Shown here: positions 49,564 to 50,532 of the stretch, in pieces
Layout: every line of letters starts with the position of its first letter
How positions within the stretch are numbered: the stretch's first letter is position 1
DNA from: Promethearchaeota archaeon
GTDB taxonomy: Archaea > Asgardarchaeota > Lokiarchaeia > Sigyniarchaeales > SOKP01
DNA: 50,532 bases
NCBI GenBank assembly: GCA_048939015.1
Contig: JBHLPW010000041.1
Location: forward strand, 1 to 50,532
Direction: 5' to 3'
Program-made: the position numbers and the translations under genes
Notes under the pieces: generated by a model
The model's database searches: none
What the model was told of the DNA's origin: nothing
The model's input: the letters and a program-made list of their open reading frames with translations, nothing else

Positions 49564-49822
49564 ACCTTCTAGTACTTTTCTTATACATTAATTTTTGTTA
49601 AAATTAATATAAATAATTTCTTTTCTCAATATGGTTGAGAATTTTACGCTTCTTTTATATTATTGAAATTAACAAAATAAATTTTATTACTATAACTCAT
49701 TGTTCAGAAATTTGAACAAATAAATGTATTTAACGCTAGAAATTATATGTTTTTGTGAAGGCTACAAAATTTTCTAGTCTAAAAATTACGATAAAATAAG
49801 AAAAAGTAATAAAAGTGATTAT

Positions 49823-50532
49823 ATGAGTCTTATAAAATTCATAATAAAAAGATTAATTGTTATCGTACCGGTAATTTTTGGAGTTTTAACCCTTACTTTT
49901 ATTCTATCTAGAATGATGCCTGGTGATCCAGTTATAGCATTATTACGTGCACGCGGTATTACCCGACCAAACCCAGAAAGAATAGCAGCGGTTCGACATG
50001 AATTAGGATTAGATTTACCCATAGTATTACAGTATTTCAAATATCTAGCAGAATTATTTACAGGTAATTGGGGTACTTCTGTTTCAGTTGCAACTGGAAC
50101 ACCAGTATGGGTCCTTATCGCAAGGCGTCTTCCAAGAACTTTCGATCTTACATTATTTTCTATCATTATTGCTTCTTATATTGGAATCAAGGTTGGTGTG
50201 ATTTCTGCTACTCACAGAAATAAAGCAAGAGATACAATTTTTCGAGGAATGGCGTTAATAGGGGTGTCGATTCCGATTTTCTTTTTAGGAATGTTAATGC
50301 AATTTTTCCTAGGCTACAAAGTCGAAATCTTTCCTACGGTCGGCTATAAACAAGTGCAATACCCTGACCCTGAATTTATAACAGGGTTCTTCTTAATTGA
50401 CTCATTATTCGGCGGATATTTCTATTTGGTTATCGATTATCTGTGGCATATTACCATGCCCGTGTTTTGTTTAGCATTTGTAACTATTGCAGGAATTGTG
50501 AGACAGACACGCTCAAGTATGCTAGAAGTATT
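49823..50532 (+). CDS. dppB: ABC peptide/nickel transporter permease, truncated at window end (not in ORF track)
   Basis: MSLIKFIIKRLIVIVPVIFGVLTLTFILSRMMPGDP...LGLDLP...GNWGTS...GVSIPIFFLG...RQTRSSMLEV. Confidence 0.92.
   Translation, partial: MSLIKFIIKRLIVIVPVIFGVLTLTFILSRMMPGDPVIALLRARGITRPNPERIAAVRHELGLDLPIVLQYFKYLAELFTGNWGTSVSVATGTPVWVLIARRLPRTFDLTLFSIIIASYIGIKVGVISATHRNKARDTIFRGMALIGVSIPIFFLGMLMQFFLGYKVEIFPTVGYKQVQYPDPEFITGFFLIDSLFGGYFYLVIDYLWHITMPVFCLAFVTIAGIVRQTRSSMLEV

Noticed and set aside
49819-50166. 115-aa minus-strand ORF in the track
   Set aside because: It is an antisense shadow of the clear dppB frame starting at 49823.
1-50532. CRISPR arrays, tRNA/rRNA genes, transposases, integrases
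   Set aside because: No regularly spaced repeats, cloverleafs, long GC-rich RNA genes or recombinase motifs were seen by eye.

Overview
AT-rich, densely coding window, most likely from an Asgard archaeon of the Lokiarchaeia type. This is inferred from the gelsolin-like, longin-like, LRR and beta-helix surface proteins, heliorhodopsin, oligo-T terminators and an in-frame UGA selenoprotein. No rRNA, tRNA, CRISPR array or mobile element was recognised. The most striking system lies in the first 16 kb: six genes encode eight copies of a '2 TM + left-handed beta-helix acyltransferase' module in three types (A, B, C), arranged as A|B|C, AB and AB|C. Together they resemble the membrane terminal region of epsilon-poly-L-lysine synthetase (Pls)-type NRPSs but lack adenylation and carrier domains. 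A GH3/ANL-like adenylating enzyme and a nitrilase-family amidase lie among them. Other highlights: a UxxC peroxiredoxin-like selenoprotein truncated by the ORF track, with RNA hairpins at the UGA and in the 3' UTR; heliorhodopsin near UvsE; two receptor-like beta-helix/TM/RING-like proteins; a gelsolin-domain helical-repeat protein with a headless paralogue; two unannotated paralogous zinc-ribbon microproteins; and an orphan structured RNA candidate. The rest is housekeeping or metabolic (GdhA, aconitase, AlaX, TatD, Pcp, flavodoxin, partial DppB). All calls come from motif recognition by eye; no searches were run.
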